Assembly: GCF_004010195.1 (NCBI RefSeq)
Contig: NC_057718.1
Location: 55,977,244-56,024,047, forward strand
Length of the DNA: 46,804 bases
Direction: 5' to 3'
Source of the DNA: Chiloscyllium plagiosum
Taxonomy: Eukaryota
Below, piece by piece: positions 25,077 through 37,900 of this stretch (the first letter of the stretch is position 1; each line of letters begins with the position of its first letter). Made by a program: the position numbers and the translations under genes. The notes beneath the pieces were generated by a model. That model worked only from the letters and a program-made list of their open reading frames with translations, did no database searches and was not told where the DNA came from.

Positions 25077-25949
25077 TAACATCCAGGCTGTGTAAATCAT
25101 CTACTGGTCAGGATGGATTAAACAGAAGCTGATTGCCCAAACAGTTACACTTCCACTTCTACCAAATGTGCAATCAGGAATCTCACATCATGGTTTGAGA
25201 ATCACTGGAGAGCAATGGCTGCAATCTTATCCTAGAGGGAGGTCAGTAGCAAGTTGGGATCCGTTTAATTCAGTAGCAGGTTTTTGCATTTTCCTTTGCC
25301 AGACATTCAAAGAAGGTAGGGAGATGATACATGCATTTGTCAAAGGCTCTTGTTTTCATGGTAGAAATGTCTAGCTAATGGCTAGCAGTCTCTAAGTGCG
25401 TACTCTGATAGTGATATCAGAATAAATTAATGAAAATCAGCATGAGTACAGACTTAAATTCCTGTAACACCTCATCACCAGAATAGTGGCACACCATGTA
25501 AAGTACCTCTTTACTAACCTGTTGCAAAAATCTAGACAATGTTAAACATTTCAACATCTTCTTAAGGTTGTCACTATCACAGATGACAATCATTAACCAG
25601 TTAGATTCACTCTGTATGATATCAAGAAACTGCACCTTATGCAGAAAAGATTATGTCAAAATCCAACTGTAATGCAGTGCTCCAGAATTAGTTGCATCTT
25701 TAGCTACATGGTACAGCTCCAAAATGTGAAAAATTATCCAGTTATTTGCTGACCAGAAAAGGCAGGACATATCCAATCTGGTCAATTATCATCCTATCAA
25801 TATGTTTCAGCCATCAAAATTGATTGAAGAGTTACTCAAAGGTACTGTAAATGAAAACAAAATCAAAGAACTGTAGATGCTGGAAGTCAGTCACAAAAGT
25901 GGAAAGGGCAGGAAAAATTCAGCAGGTCTGGCAGCACTTTCGAGAGAAA

Positions 25950-27618
25950 TGAGAAAGTGAGGAATGCAGATGCTGGAGATGAGAGTCAAAAAGTGTCACG
26001 CTGGAAAAGCATAACAGGTCAGGCAGCATCTGAGGAGCAGGAGAGTTGACGTTTCAGGCATAACCCCTTCATCAGGAATGTGGTGGGGGGAGGGCTGAGA
26101 GGTAATAGGAGGAGGATGGGGCTGGGGGAGAGTATAGTTAGGAAGGCGATACGTAGGTGGGAAGGTTAAGGTGATAGGCCAGAGCGGAGAGTGGAGCAGA
26201 TAGATGGGAAGGAAGGTGGACAGGTGAGACAAATTCAAGAGAGCAGTGCTAAGTTGGAGTGTTAGATTTGGGATAAGGTGGGGGAAAGGGAGATGAGGAA
26301 GCTGGTGAAATGGGTGTTGATGCCGTGTGGTTGGAGAGTTCCTAGGCGGAAGGTGAGGCGTTCTTCCTCCAGGTATCAGGTGGCTAGGACTTTGCAGTGG
26401 GGGAGGCCCAGGATTTACATATCCTTGGCAGAGTGGGAGGGGGGTTGAAGTGGTTGGTCACAGGGTGCTGGGGTTGTTTGGTGCATGTATCCCAGAGAGT
26501 TTCTTTGAAACGTTCCGCAAATTGGCGTCCTGTCACCCCAATGTAGAGGAGACCACATCGAGAGTAATGGACACAGCAGATGAGGTGTTGGATGTGCAGG
26601 AAAATCTCTGCCAAATGTGGAAGGATCCTTTGGAGCCTTGGATGGAGGTGAGCAGGAGGTGTGGGCATAGGTTTTACACCACTTAAGGTGGCAAGGGAAG
26701 GTGCCTGGAATGGAGGGTGGGTTAGTGGGGAGTGTGGACCTAACGAGGGAGTCGCAGAGGGAATGGTCTCTGCGGAATGCTGATAGGGGTGGGGAGGGAA
26801 ATATATCTCTGGTGAGTCTGACTGTAGTTGGTGGAAATGTCGAAGGATGATGTGTTGTATCTGGAGATTAGTGGGATGGAAGATGAGGACCAGGGGCTTC
26901 TATTCTTGTTGCAATTGGAGAGGTGGGGTTCAAGGATGGAGGTACATGAAGTGGAGATGTGCTGGAGGGCATTGTTGACCACATGGGAGGGGAAATTGCA
27001 TTCCTTGAAGTAGGAGGCCATCTGGGATGATCTGGAGTGGACTTGTGTCAGAAGCAGAATTGGGAGTAGGGGATAGCATTTTTACAGCAGGCTGGGGTGA
27101 GGGGGTGGGAGGAGGTGTAGTCCAGGTAGCTGTAGGAGTCGCTGGGTTTGAAGTAGATGTCCATGTTGAGTCGGTTGCCAGAAATGGAGATGGAGAGGTC
27201 CAGGAATGGGAGGGACGTGTCTGAGATGGTCCGGGTGAACTTGAAGTCAGGGTGGAAGGTGTTTGTGAAGTTGATGAACTGTTCAATCTCCTCGTGGGAG
27301 CACAAGGTAGTGCTGATACAGTCATCAATGTAGCGGAGGAAAAAGTAGGGAATAATGCCAGTGTAACTAAAGAAGATGGACTGTTCCATGTACCCACCAA
27401 AGAGACAGGCATAGCTGGGGCCCATGCAGGTTCCCATGGCTACCCCTTTGGTCTGAAGGAAGTGGGAAGATTCAGAGGAGAAGTTGTTGAGGGTGAGTAC
27501 AGTTCAGCTCATCAAATTAGTGTGTCAGTGGAGGGATGCTGGTTAGGTCAGTAGCATAGGAAGAAACGGAGATTGGAAATGGAGATGGAGAGGTCTAGGA
27601 AAGGGAGGGATGGTCTGG
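25950..27618 (-). mobile_element. Penelope-like element (RT C-half, GIY-YIG, terminal repeat), 5'-truncated
   Basis: MGTCMGPSYACLF...FLRYIDD...LPFLDL...SYLDYTSSHP (RT) and CGLLYIGVTGRQFAERFKE (GIY-YIG). 8-bp direct repeat gagagaaa at 25942-25949 and 27619-27626. Confidence 0.92.
26048..26075 (-). ncRNA. Minimal hammerhead motif in the PLE terminus
   Basis: Minus strand CUGAUGA-A-GGGG(UUAU)GCCU-GAAA-CGUC. Core intact, stems I and II partly decayed. Confidence 0.65.
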
Positions 27619-27961
27619 GAGAGAAAGCAGAGTTAACATTTTGAGCCCACTGACCCTACTTCAGTTACGTTCAAAACATTATCAGAGGAAAAAACTTACC
27701 CATGCCTGGAGTCTTAACTGGCTCAAAGGAAAATAATTGTGATTTTTGAAGACCAATCATCTTGAGCCCAGGATGGTTTACTTGGATACCCAACTCCCTT
27801 TAGTTGCTTTGTCAATGACTTTCACTATTCTGACTATTGTGGAAATATTTACTGATGATTGAACAATGTTGAAAGCTATTCATAGTTCCTCAGATAATGA
27901 AGCATGCCACGCCCGATGCAAAACTTAGGCTTAGATTGAGAAATAGCAAGTAACATTTGCA

Positions 27962-28467
27962 TGTTCTGGTCTCCTTCCTATCGGAAGGATGTTGTAAACC
28001 CTATATGTTGCCAGGGTTGGAAGATTTGAGCTATAGGGAGAGATTGAATAGGTTGGGGCTGTTTTCCCTTGAGCATCGGAGGCTGAGAGGTAATCTTAAA
28101 GGTTTATAAAATCATGAGGGGCATCGATAGTTAAGTAGACAAGGTCTTTTTCCCTGGGGTGGGGGAGTCCAGAACTAGAGGGTATTGGTTTAGGGTGAGC
28201 AGGGAAAGATATAAAAGAGACCTTAGGGGCAACTTTTTGATGCAGAGGGTGGTACATGTATGGAATGAGCTACCAGAGGAAGTGGGGAAAGCTAGTATAG
28301 TTGCAACATTTAAAAGGCATCTGGATGGGTATGTGAATAGGAAGGATTTAGAGGGATGTGGGCCAAGTGCTGGGAAGTGGGACTAGATTGGGTTGGGATA
28401 TCTGGTCAACATGGACGAGTTGGACCGAAGGGTCTGTTTCCGTGCTGTGCATCTCTATGACTCTATA
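27962..28467 (+). mobile_element. CR1/HER1-type LINE 3' end
   Basis: ESRTRG...RERYKRDLRGNF...WNELPEEV...FKRHLDGY and a ctctatgactcta tail. Confidence 0.9.
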
Positions 28468-29371
28468 ACACAAGTGCTATCTCCAACAAGAGGGAGCCTA
28501 ATCATCTCTGCTTGACAATCAGCAGCATTACCATTGCTGAACCCCTCACCAACAGCATCCTGGGATTTACTATTGACCAGGAACTTAATTGAATCTAGCA
28601 AATAAATAGTATAGCTACAAGGGAAAGTTTGAGGTTTAGTGATCTGCAGTGAGTGACTCTCCACAGCTTCTTTAGCACCTACGAAGCATAAATCAAGGGT
28701 GTAATGAAATATATTCTACTTGCATGTTTGCATTTAACTGCAGCTATTCTCGAAGCTCAACATCAGGTTGCTTGTTTGGCACCCTGGCCACCAGTTTTAG
28801 CATCATGGTCAACTGCCAGTTATGTGAAAAACTGTTTTGCTATGCTTTCAAAGTTTCATTTGGTTACAGATTGCCCATGTGAACCATTCTGTTCCCTATC
28901 ACAGCACTGCAGATAATCATGTGATATTTTATCACTTGGTACCTGTTCATGTTACACCTTTGTGCATGATGCTTCCCATCAGTTTACACATATTATTGTA
29001 GTTCATAACAATTAAATGCTCTGTAGTTGAGTATCTTTACTAGCTGTTACATGCCAGCAAATGTCAGAAGATTCTAGAACCAGGAAAGCGCCTGCTAACA
29101 GGCAAGGCAATTAAGCAAACATAAAAAATTGTGAACAATAGTTCAATCTATGCATTTCCACTGATTTGCTAGAATCTGTTCCTGGGGTTTACCTTTTTCC
29201 TGGATAAACACAAATTGCCTATGAGTGTTAGCAACATAAACCTAATTTTGATCACTGGGAACCTCGAACAGCAGCCAGGATTCCTCCTCCAGATAAATAA
29301 CCAGTGAACTCCCACTGGAAATTGAGTCCATGTTGAAAGGGAAGGGACTAGGGAGTCCTAGGCCATACTCT

Positions 29372-29992
29372 GTTAAGGTTAACACGTAGGTTCAGCTGAC
29401 AGGAAGGCAAATGCAATGTTAGCATTCATTTCAATAGGGCTGGAATACAAGAACAAAGATGTATTGCTGAGGCTGTATGAGGCTCGGGCCAGACTGCATT
29501 TGGAATATTGTGAGATTTGGGCCTGTATCTAAGAAAGGATGAGCTGGCCTTGGAGGGGTCTACAAGAGGTTGACAAGAATGATGCCAGGGATGAAGAGTT
29601 TGTCATATGAGAGCGGTTGAAGACTCTGAGTCGGTCTTCAATGGAATTTAGAAGCATGAGGGAGGATCACAGAATAGTGAGAGCGTGGATAGATTGGACA
29701 TGGCCCAGGGTATAGCCTCAGAGTGAAGGGACGACCTTTCAGAACTGAGCTAAGGAGGAATTTCTTCAACCAGAAGGTGGTGAATCTGTGAATTCATTGC
29801 CACAGAAGTATCTGGAAGCCAAGTCATTGAGTGCCTTTAAGACAGAGGGAGACAGATTCTTGATTAGGTAGAGGATCAAGGGTTACTGGGAGAAGACGGG
29901 AGAATGAGGTTGAGAAACATATCAGCCATGATTGAATGGTAGAACAGACTCAGTGGGCTTAATGGACTAATTCTACTCCTAAATCCTACCAT
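29372..29992 (+). mobile_element. CR1 LINE 3' fragment, different subfamily
   Basis: aaggcaaatgcaatgttagcattc...aggaggaatttcttcaaccagaaggtggtgaatctgtg...tcagccatgattgaatgg 3'UTR. Confidence 0.8.
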
Positions 29993-31376
29993 CATATGGA
30001 ATCCAGAAGGGTGAAGAAAAATAAAGGATGGACTAACAAGGAACCAAGATATGGAACAAGGCTCCCAAAATGGAGGCAGAACTTGCAAGGAACCACTACT
30101 ATGCTTCTCCTATTCTGTCCGAGCCCTAATACCAGCCTCAAGTCTTCAATCTCTCCCTTTCCCCAAATCTTGGACACAATGTTCAACTTTCCTATTGTCT
30201 AATTTCCCACATTCCACCTAGAACTCTATCCACTAATCTGCAGTATCTCCTCTCACCAAGTTTGTAATCGAGACCCTAAGCTTTTCTCTCTCTACCAGTG
30301 AATAAAACCCACCAACCCCCAATTCTCAATCCCCATTCCTGCTTTTCCAGCCCAACCATATTCCTCTCACCAGTCTGCATCACTCTTTCACTATCCAAGA
30401 TTCCCAAGTGCTCCTCAACCAGCCGATTCCATTCTGGAGATCCAACCTGTCAGAAAGGAACTCATTACCCACCAATGTTCTATAAGCTTACGTGAGATGG
30501 TCCTTAGCAGGGGCAATACAATCCAGCAGAAGGAAATTTGCAGCAAGCAGTGACAATGTGGGTCATGGGGTGGCAGGCCTGTGGCAACAATGGGAAAGAT
30601 GCAGGGTGCAGCCTATTCCCTTGACCTAGTAACCTTAATATGTTATTAAATAATACTATCATTGAAAATATTTGGATCTTGTAAGTTTAGTTATTCATAA
30701 ATAGTGGTGGTAGATCTTTTAGAATGACATGATTAGTTCATCAACTAAGAATGATGGCTAATTGTTTACATGGAAACACAGCTTGGAAGGAAATTCCAAC
30801 AACAGAAAAAAGATATTCCTGTCAATAGAAAATTGAAGTTTAAGGACAGAAAATGTGCATGCATAATATTGTATACTATAACAGAAGTTATTATACAATG
30901 ATCCAATAAATTATAATTCTAATATTATAAATTGGTATAGTAGATTAATGTAGATTCCAGTATTATAAATGCAAGTAATCCAGGTAACAGCTGAGCAGGC
31001 CTAATAAACTGATAAAAGACAGGCTTTGTCCAGCGAACATAATAAACTGTTGCACTCAAAGACATGAGCAGAGGTGGTTGTAAAGTGGAAAAATATGATT
31101 AGTAAAGTGTTCAGTCCTTGCACTGAGATCAAGATCTTTCTTCATTCATTCACAAGATTCAGGTGGCACTGGCTAGGCTACCCCGAATTGTCCTTGTGAT
31201 AATGGTGGTGACCTGGGTTTTTGAGCTGTGTTTATTCTGGAGTAGGTACGTGCATAGTGCTGTTAGGTAGGGAGTTCCAAGATTTTGATCCAGCTACAGG
31301 AACAGCGGTATATTTCCAAGTCAGAATGATGTGCAGCTGGGAGGCGAACCTGTAGGTCGTCATGTTTGTATAATAC

Positions 31377-32658
31377 ATATTTGTATCATCGATAGTCACA
31401 GGTGAGGTGCCGGAAGACTGGAGGTTGTCTAACATGGTGCCACTCTTTAAGAAGAGTAGTGAGGACAAGCCAGGGAACTATAGACCAGTGAGCCTGACAT
31501 TGCTGGTGGGCAAGTTGTTGGAGAGAATCCTGAGGGACAGGATATACATGTATTTGGAAAGGCAAGGACTGATTAGGGATAGTCAACATGGTTTTGTGTG
31601 TGGGAAATCATGTCTTACAAACTTGATTGAGTTTTTTGAAGAAGTAACAAAGAGGATTGATGAGGGAAGAGTGGTAGATGTGATCTATATGGACTTCAGT
31701 AAGACATTCAACAAGNNNNNNNNNNNNNNNNNNNNNNNNNNNNNNNNNNNNNNNNNNNNNNNNNNNNNNNNNNNNNNNNNNNNNNNNNNNNNNNNNNNNN
31801 NNNNNNNNNNNNNNNNNNNNNNNNNNNNNNNNNNNNNNNNNNNNNNNNNNNNNNNNNNNNNNNNNNNNNNNNNNNNNNNNNNNNNNNNNNNNNNNNNNNN
31901 NNNNNNNNNNNNNNNNNNNNNNNNNNNNNNNNNNNNNNNNNNNNNNNNNNNNNNNNNNNNNNNNNNNNNNNNNNNNNNNNNNNNAGGTTCATATCTCCTT
32001 GAAAGTGGAGTCGCAGGTAGATAGGATAGTGAAGAAGGCATTTGGTATGCTTTCTTTTATTCATCAGAGTATTGAGTACAGGAGTTGGGAGGTCATGTTG
32101 CGGCTGTACAGGACATTGGTTAGGCCACTGTTGGAATATTGCATGCAATTCTGGTCTCCTTCCTATCGGAAAGATGTTGTGAAACTTGAAAGGGTTCAGA
32201 AAAGATTTACAAGGATGTTGCCAGGGTTGGAGGATTTGAGCTATGGGGAGAGGCTGAACAAGTTGGGGCTGTTTTCCTTGGAGCGTCGGAGGCTGAGGGG
32301 TAACCTTATAGAAGTTTACAAAATTATGAGGGGCATGCATAGGATAAATAGACAAAGTCTTTTCCCTGGAGTGGGGGAGTCCAGAACTAGAGGGCATAGG
32401 TTTAGGGTTAGAGGGGAAAGATATAAAAGGGATCTAAGGGGCAACTTTTTCATGCAGAGGAAGCTGCCAGAGGAAGTGGTGGAGGTTAGTACAATTGTAA
32501 CATTTAAAAGGGACTTGGATGAGTATATGAGTAGGAAGGGTTTTGAGGGATATGGGCCAGGTGCTGGCAGGTGGGACTAGATTGGTTGGGATATCTAGTC
32601 AGCATTGTCGGGTTGGACCGAAGGGTCTGTTTCCATGCTGTACATCTCCATGACTCTA
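31377..32658 (+). mobile_element. Relatively young CR1/HER1-type LINE 3' half spanning an assembly gap
   Basis: Long open RT stretches 31407-31715 and 31999-32580, and a family tail. Confidence 0.93.
31716..31984. other. Assembly gap (269 N)
   Basis: Run of n characters. Confidence 1.
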
Positions 32659-32860
32659 TTGCCCTTGTCCTTCCACGTGATAGAGATTGCAGATTTAGAT
32701 GATCCTGTCTGAGGAGCCTTAGTGAACTGTTGCAGTACATCTTACAGTTGATACAGATTAATGTACCCACACTACACAACTGTGCATTGACTGTGGTAGG
32801 AGTGAATTTGAAGGTATTTGTTTAGGTACCTGAAATAACTGCACAAAAGCCAGTAACATG

Positions 32861-33079
32861 TCACCAAGTCATCCTTTATTTACTTGTGCATGGTACACTA
32901 TCTGTGGCCAGCCAGCTCAGAGTCAATCCCTTGCACTAAAGAAATTCTAAATCTCCAGGTTATTTTTTTCCCCATCACCAAGTTACCCTTTATTTACTTG
33001 TACACAGTACATTGGGTGCGGCCAGCCAGCTCAGAGTCAGTCCTCAACCGAAGAGAATCTTATCTCCTGTTTTTTTTAT
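32861..33079. repeat. Two diverged tandem copies of an approximately 114-bp unit
   Basis: tcaccaagt...ctttatttacttgt...ggccagccagctcagagtca starts at 32861 and again at 32975. Confidence 0.85.
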
Positions 33080-33199
33080 TTTATCAAATGGTACAAAATA
33101 CAAATAGTCAACAGTGAACAATAAACAGTGATTTACCAGCAAAAGGGGTGGCAAGGCTAAACTCCATAATTAACAACCATTCACACTTAGAAAACCAGA

Positions 33200-33307
33200 C
33201 ATTTTCTAATCAATCTGTTCAGACACATTATAACCTGTCTGGAGCAGGTGGGACTTGAATATCTGGTCCAGAGGTAGGGATATTACCAACATACCACAAG
33301 ATCCCCA
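33200..33307 (-). mobile_element. tRNA-derived SINE head, non-HE1
   Basis: Minus strand ggggatcttgtggtatgttggta...ttcaagtcccacctgctccag has degenerate A and B boxes. Confidence 0.5.
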
Positions 33308-34419
33308 TCTCCTGGTTATGTTGGTCAGCCAGGGATTTCTTGATTGGCCCAGGTTAACAACCCTAATCAAGGATCTCATAGTATACATGATCCAGTGGGT
33401 TCCAATCATCACAGTACCAGTAAAGCAGCTTGCTTGGTCTTGCATGAGTCAAGCTCCTTGAATGTTCTTGGAGTGGACTCATTACCATTCCATTCCTGAC
33501 TTGCCTGATAGCAGGATTTGTAACTGATGGCAAGTGATGGAAGGGTAATAGCTTAAGACTCCTGTCTGATATCGAGACCATCCTTCTTTTGGATTTATTT
33601 TTATCATTTTTGTTTTAGAGTTGTGAATTTGAGCTGAATGTGACTTTTGGATTGTGAACACTGATTTGTTTTAAAAAAAACTAAAAACAAATTGTATATG
33701 AGGCCAGAACTGGAAGTTCAGTATAGGTTGATTCAGTATAGGTAGACATTGCTGTTTTGGAGATCCATTATGCTCAAACAAACGGCAAATGTTCGGATAT
33801 TAACAGAGGCCTCACAGGGAACCTAACATCAACTAATCTTGTTTTGGGTGAACTAGTTTTGGGTGTTGCTATTTGTCAGATGTGGATGTTAAAGCTACAG
33901 GAGGGCGATTGGGTTGCTGTCTAGTTGACATCCCATTATCAACTTGGTGAAAGTTCAGAGAAAAGAATCTCAGTTGTCATAATTAAATGAATATTCCTGG
34001 TGCATGCTTCTTTTATTCTGGATAGTTGTTCAAAAGAGATCCATCTGGTAGAATAGTGGGGCTTGATTATCTGTAAATTTCCCCATAACAATAGTCTGAA
34101 AACTTTAATCCATCTGGGCTAGTAATCTACCAGGACCAAATGTGTCTTCCCTTTGAAGTTGAATAAATCTGTCTGTCCTATGGCCATTCTAGAAAATTTG
34201 AAAACATTAATGAATGCTTTGTTGGATCCTGATTATGGATGGCTCATATGTGACACAACAAAATAAAATGCTCAATTTCCTTGAAAATGCCTGGCTGCTA
34301 AATGTTCTGTTCAACTCTAATTCTGCATTTTGTGATCCCTCAATGTCCACCTTAAAAAAAAAGTCTTTCAACACTTTTTGCCTCATTGAATTCAGTGTAA
34401 CGAATCAGTAGTAGTAATG

Positions 34420-37400
34420 CTGCTTCCGTGCATACGTTTTCAGAACTTGATCTGCTTAAAGTATCTGAGCATCCTTATAGACAAAGTTGCAACATTGTTA
34501 GGCACTGCTTGTCTACTTTCTGAGTTGCACACATTTCTTTGAACTTCACCTCAGTATCTGATGGTGCATTGATAACTGTAGTAGAACCTCATCAGTGATT
34601 AAATTTTCTCTGTTCGTCTGGTCCACAACTACCCTGGATTGTGTAATAGCTATAATCTACGCCTTGCCTGGGTCATGGAGTACCATATTGTCATTTTTGA
34701 TTATTCCAAGTATGAAACTTGGTATTCAGAATATTTTGCAACCTCCTTTGAACTCCAGCAACGTGACTATTGATTTATGATCTGTTTCAACCTGAAATCT
34801 GAATTCCATTAGGTAATCTGCAAATTGTTCACATCACTATGTACTAGCCAATGCTTCCTTTCCATTTAAGCATATCTTTGTTCAGTCTTTGTAAATGCTG
34901 TTGATGCAAAATACATTGGTTTCCTGATTCCATCATTCTGCACTCTAATGAGAACTGCACCTAATCCTGTGGACAATACATCTGCAAATATTATGTTTAA
35001 TAAGCCTGAGTTATAGTAAATTGGTACATCTAAGGAGAGTAGCTTCTTCTTAATCTTTTGAAAATATGTGATCTGTTCGTTTGGTGGGAATTATCTGTTA
35101 TGAGTTCAGTGAGGCTGACTAAGTTAGAAGTGAAATGTTCTACTTAATTCACCATTCATTAGAAACCTTGTGTACTGTTTATGCACTTTGTTGCAGAAGG
35201 TCTTCTATGGGCCTCTTCTTTTCAGGAACCACTAAGATTCCCTGCTCTTCTCATTGAGTGTAAGAACTATACTTAATATTCCCTGTGGTCATATTCATCT
35301 TTGGTCTGGCCATGTATCAGGATGTCATCCATTTGACAAATAATATTTTGCTTGCTTTCAAGAATCCTTGACATTACTTACAAAATTCCAAAAGATTGAT
35401 GAATATAATCAACAATCTTGATCAGGGATATCTGCAAAAGTCCACTAATTGCATCTAATTTTGGTTAAAACCTGGTCCTGGTTAACCTGGCCCAACTATC
35501 ATTGACTGGTGAAATTGGATGATTTTTTTCTTTAAACACTCTTGTTCAGTTGTGTGAGATTTGTGCAAAAGTTTTGTCCTTCATTGAGTTTTGGAACTGT
35601 TACAAGTTCTGTGCAAGTGTTCTTTCATATTGCCAGTTTATGACATGGGGTAAACCCTCCTGTTTAATTTAAACCAGCAATACAGAAATGATTTATCCCA
35701 TGCAGTAATCTGTGAAAATTCGAGAGGCCAAGAATTATGTAAAGTACAAATTAACTACTTTATTTCTTAAAGTATAACAGAGAATAATTAACTAACAACT
35801 ATTTACAACTCCTTCTCTAACTTATCTTTTACTTTCCCTTCTATAATACTAGTCTGATAAAACCCCCTAATTAAGATTTACTGAAAAAATTCAAATTTCA
35901 AAACTAGCCAGCTGTCAAATCTTCTATTTGGATCATCTTCTGTCTTATTTTCTTCTTCTTAAGGATCATGCTTCATAGGTCATGGATCAATAAATGTACC
36001 TTTAAGAGAGCGGTTTTTCAGGCAGTCTGTACAGGCTTATGGTGTGGCAGTTCTCCTCCCAACTGTTAAATCTTCTCTGATCTTATACCCCAAAGCATCA
36101 TATTGTGTCATTGGCTTTTAAGATTGTCAATATACTAAATTCAAACTTGATTAGAGTTTGTTTTTTCAGGGTATAATTTAAATTGATTGGCCTCATTCAA
36201 ATTTGTTTTGTCATCTCCAGGCAACCAGCTAATCAAGTTGTTCGACTAACTGTTACTTTATATCTTTTTCAAAATACTTGGTGCTGTGTCAGGTAGTTCT
36301 ACTAGCTTTTAACTCTCTTAAAAGTACAGTACATCTATATCTTCAAAACACCAGCACTCAATCTACAAACCCCCAGCTTATAGTGGACACCAGATGTGCT
36401 TTTGCTCTTGTCTTGAACATCCTAATATGAGCAGTGATGTTCTGTCACTAATGATATGAACATACTTTTCAAATGTCCTCTAACTGCACCTTCACTGTTT
36501 CTAATAGTAGATGAAGTACCTTTTCAAGAGTATACCGGCAGGTGGAGTCAGCATCTTCTTGCAGCATAATGTGGTGCTCTGTTTTACCTTGCCAAATCCT
36601 CTGAATAATCTTGAAAAAATACTCTTCCATTTTCTCTTACATCACTACACCCACTTTCTCAAAGAGTCCTACTGTATGTGTGCATTTCTACTGAGCAAGT
36701 ATTTGTTGTGGTTCTTCAATATGTAAAGAGTTTCACTGATCTCTCAACCTTTATAACTACGTGTGATGATAAACTGGCTGTGCACCTGAAGACCTGTGCC
36801 CCAAGACGTTGTAGTTCGATGCTCACAGATTGAATCTCAACTGGTATTAACTACGTAGATTGTCAGCCAGTACTGAAACAGCCGCCCTTGTATCAAGTTT
36901 AAATTTTGCATTATATCCTTTCACTTGTAAGATGCTATCCCAAAATCTCTGTTGGCTCTTTGACTTCACTTAAGAATGTTGGCTTACTCTGTTGATCATT
37001 ATACTTGATTTTTTTAATTTTTTTTTCTTTTCCAAATCATTGTCCTTTGTCAGGAACTTTTCCCTTGGTGGGACTTCTCTGTATTTGTGGTGGGTAGGAA
37101 CTGCTAAACAACAATTTTTAAGAATTCTACTATTCCACCTTGATAACACACCACTCAGGTCCTCCTATCTAGCACATTGCAATTTTGCTATTGCTTTGAA
37201 CATTCTGATATAGGCAGTGATATTATTTCCTGCTGTGGGCGCTTGGGAACATGTTCACATCATGTTGAGGCTTATCTATCCGATCAAATTAGAAGAACCA
37301 CGGTGTTGCCTCTAATGATGCATTGTGATCTTGACTTGTGTACTATACTGAATTACTTGCTCCAGTGTGGTGTCATCTTTTGACTGAAGGAGGTCAGACA

Positions 37401-37900
37401 ATTTTTTAATCCCTGGTGCCTATAATGACATGATCTCTTATTACCTTATCTTTTAATGCTGCATATCCACAACATTCAGCTAATCTAGATAAATCTTCAA
37501 TCAATTCTCCTTGTCACTATGACCATTGACTAAATCTCATTCTATGACCAGGTTTATTTTTGGACTACAGTATTTGTCAAGCACTTTAATTAAAGATTTA
37601 AAGTCTTATAGCCCTGCCTCGTAATGACATTGTTTGCTACATTCCCAACAGTATTGAAATGTACTGATCTGTAACTCTGGAACTGCTGTTTCCAGTCCTC
37701 CCTCTTCTTGCCTTGTTGTAGGCCTTCAGCATTTTCATATCACTGTGGTAATTACAATGTCGAGGCTGAAGCTGGCATCTCAACACACCATACTGAGCTG
37801 GTTAAGTTATTTCTCTCTATTCCTTCGCCAGATTGTTGTACTGTTTTGTCTTCAAATCTTCCAAATTTCAGTTTTGTCCATCACAATCTTCCACCTTTTT
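34420..37900 (-). mobile_element. Highly decayed Gypsy LTR retrotransposon internal region
   Basis: Minus strand DVLSTGLGAVL..QNDGIRKPMYFASTAFTKTEQRYA (about 34870-34983, RNase H) and MDDILIHG (about 35310-35333, RT). Outer limits uncertain. Confidence 0.65.
35637..36350 (-). mobile_element. Solo LTR related to the Gmr1-type element, nested in the old Gypsy
   Basis: Flanked by the 4-bp direct repeat ccag (35633-35636 and 36351-36354), ends ...aaca, and its right third resembles 11240-11509. Confidence 0.7.

Larger units (their letters stand above)
25850..27665 (-). mobile_element. Old PLE terminus (25850-25949 plus 27619-27665) split by a younger PLE
   Basis: gtagatgctggaagtc...cagcaggtctggcagca joins gagagaaagcagagttaacatttt...cttcag across the duplicated gagagaaa. 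Confidence 0.7.
25560..28780 (+). mobile_element. Very old LINE remnant in pieces (about 25560-25845, 27680-27960, 28468-28780), split by younger insertions
   Basis: Decayed RT-like motifs (aaaaggcaggacatatccaatctggtcaattatcatcctatca; tttactgatgattg) continue across the inserts. Confidence 0.5.
31138..33540 (-). mobile_element. Old LINE 3' remnant in pieces (about 31138-31368, 32660-32815, 33415-33540)
   Basis: (ttca)n tail and degenerate continuity across the CR1 and LTR-like inserts. Confidence 0.45.

Noticed and set aside
31685..32397. Long ORFs of 118-229 aa
   Set aside because: Artefacts of reading through the N gap. The 269-N length is also shorter than the roughly 450 bp separating the same motifs in other CR1 copies here, so it is only an estimate.
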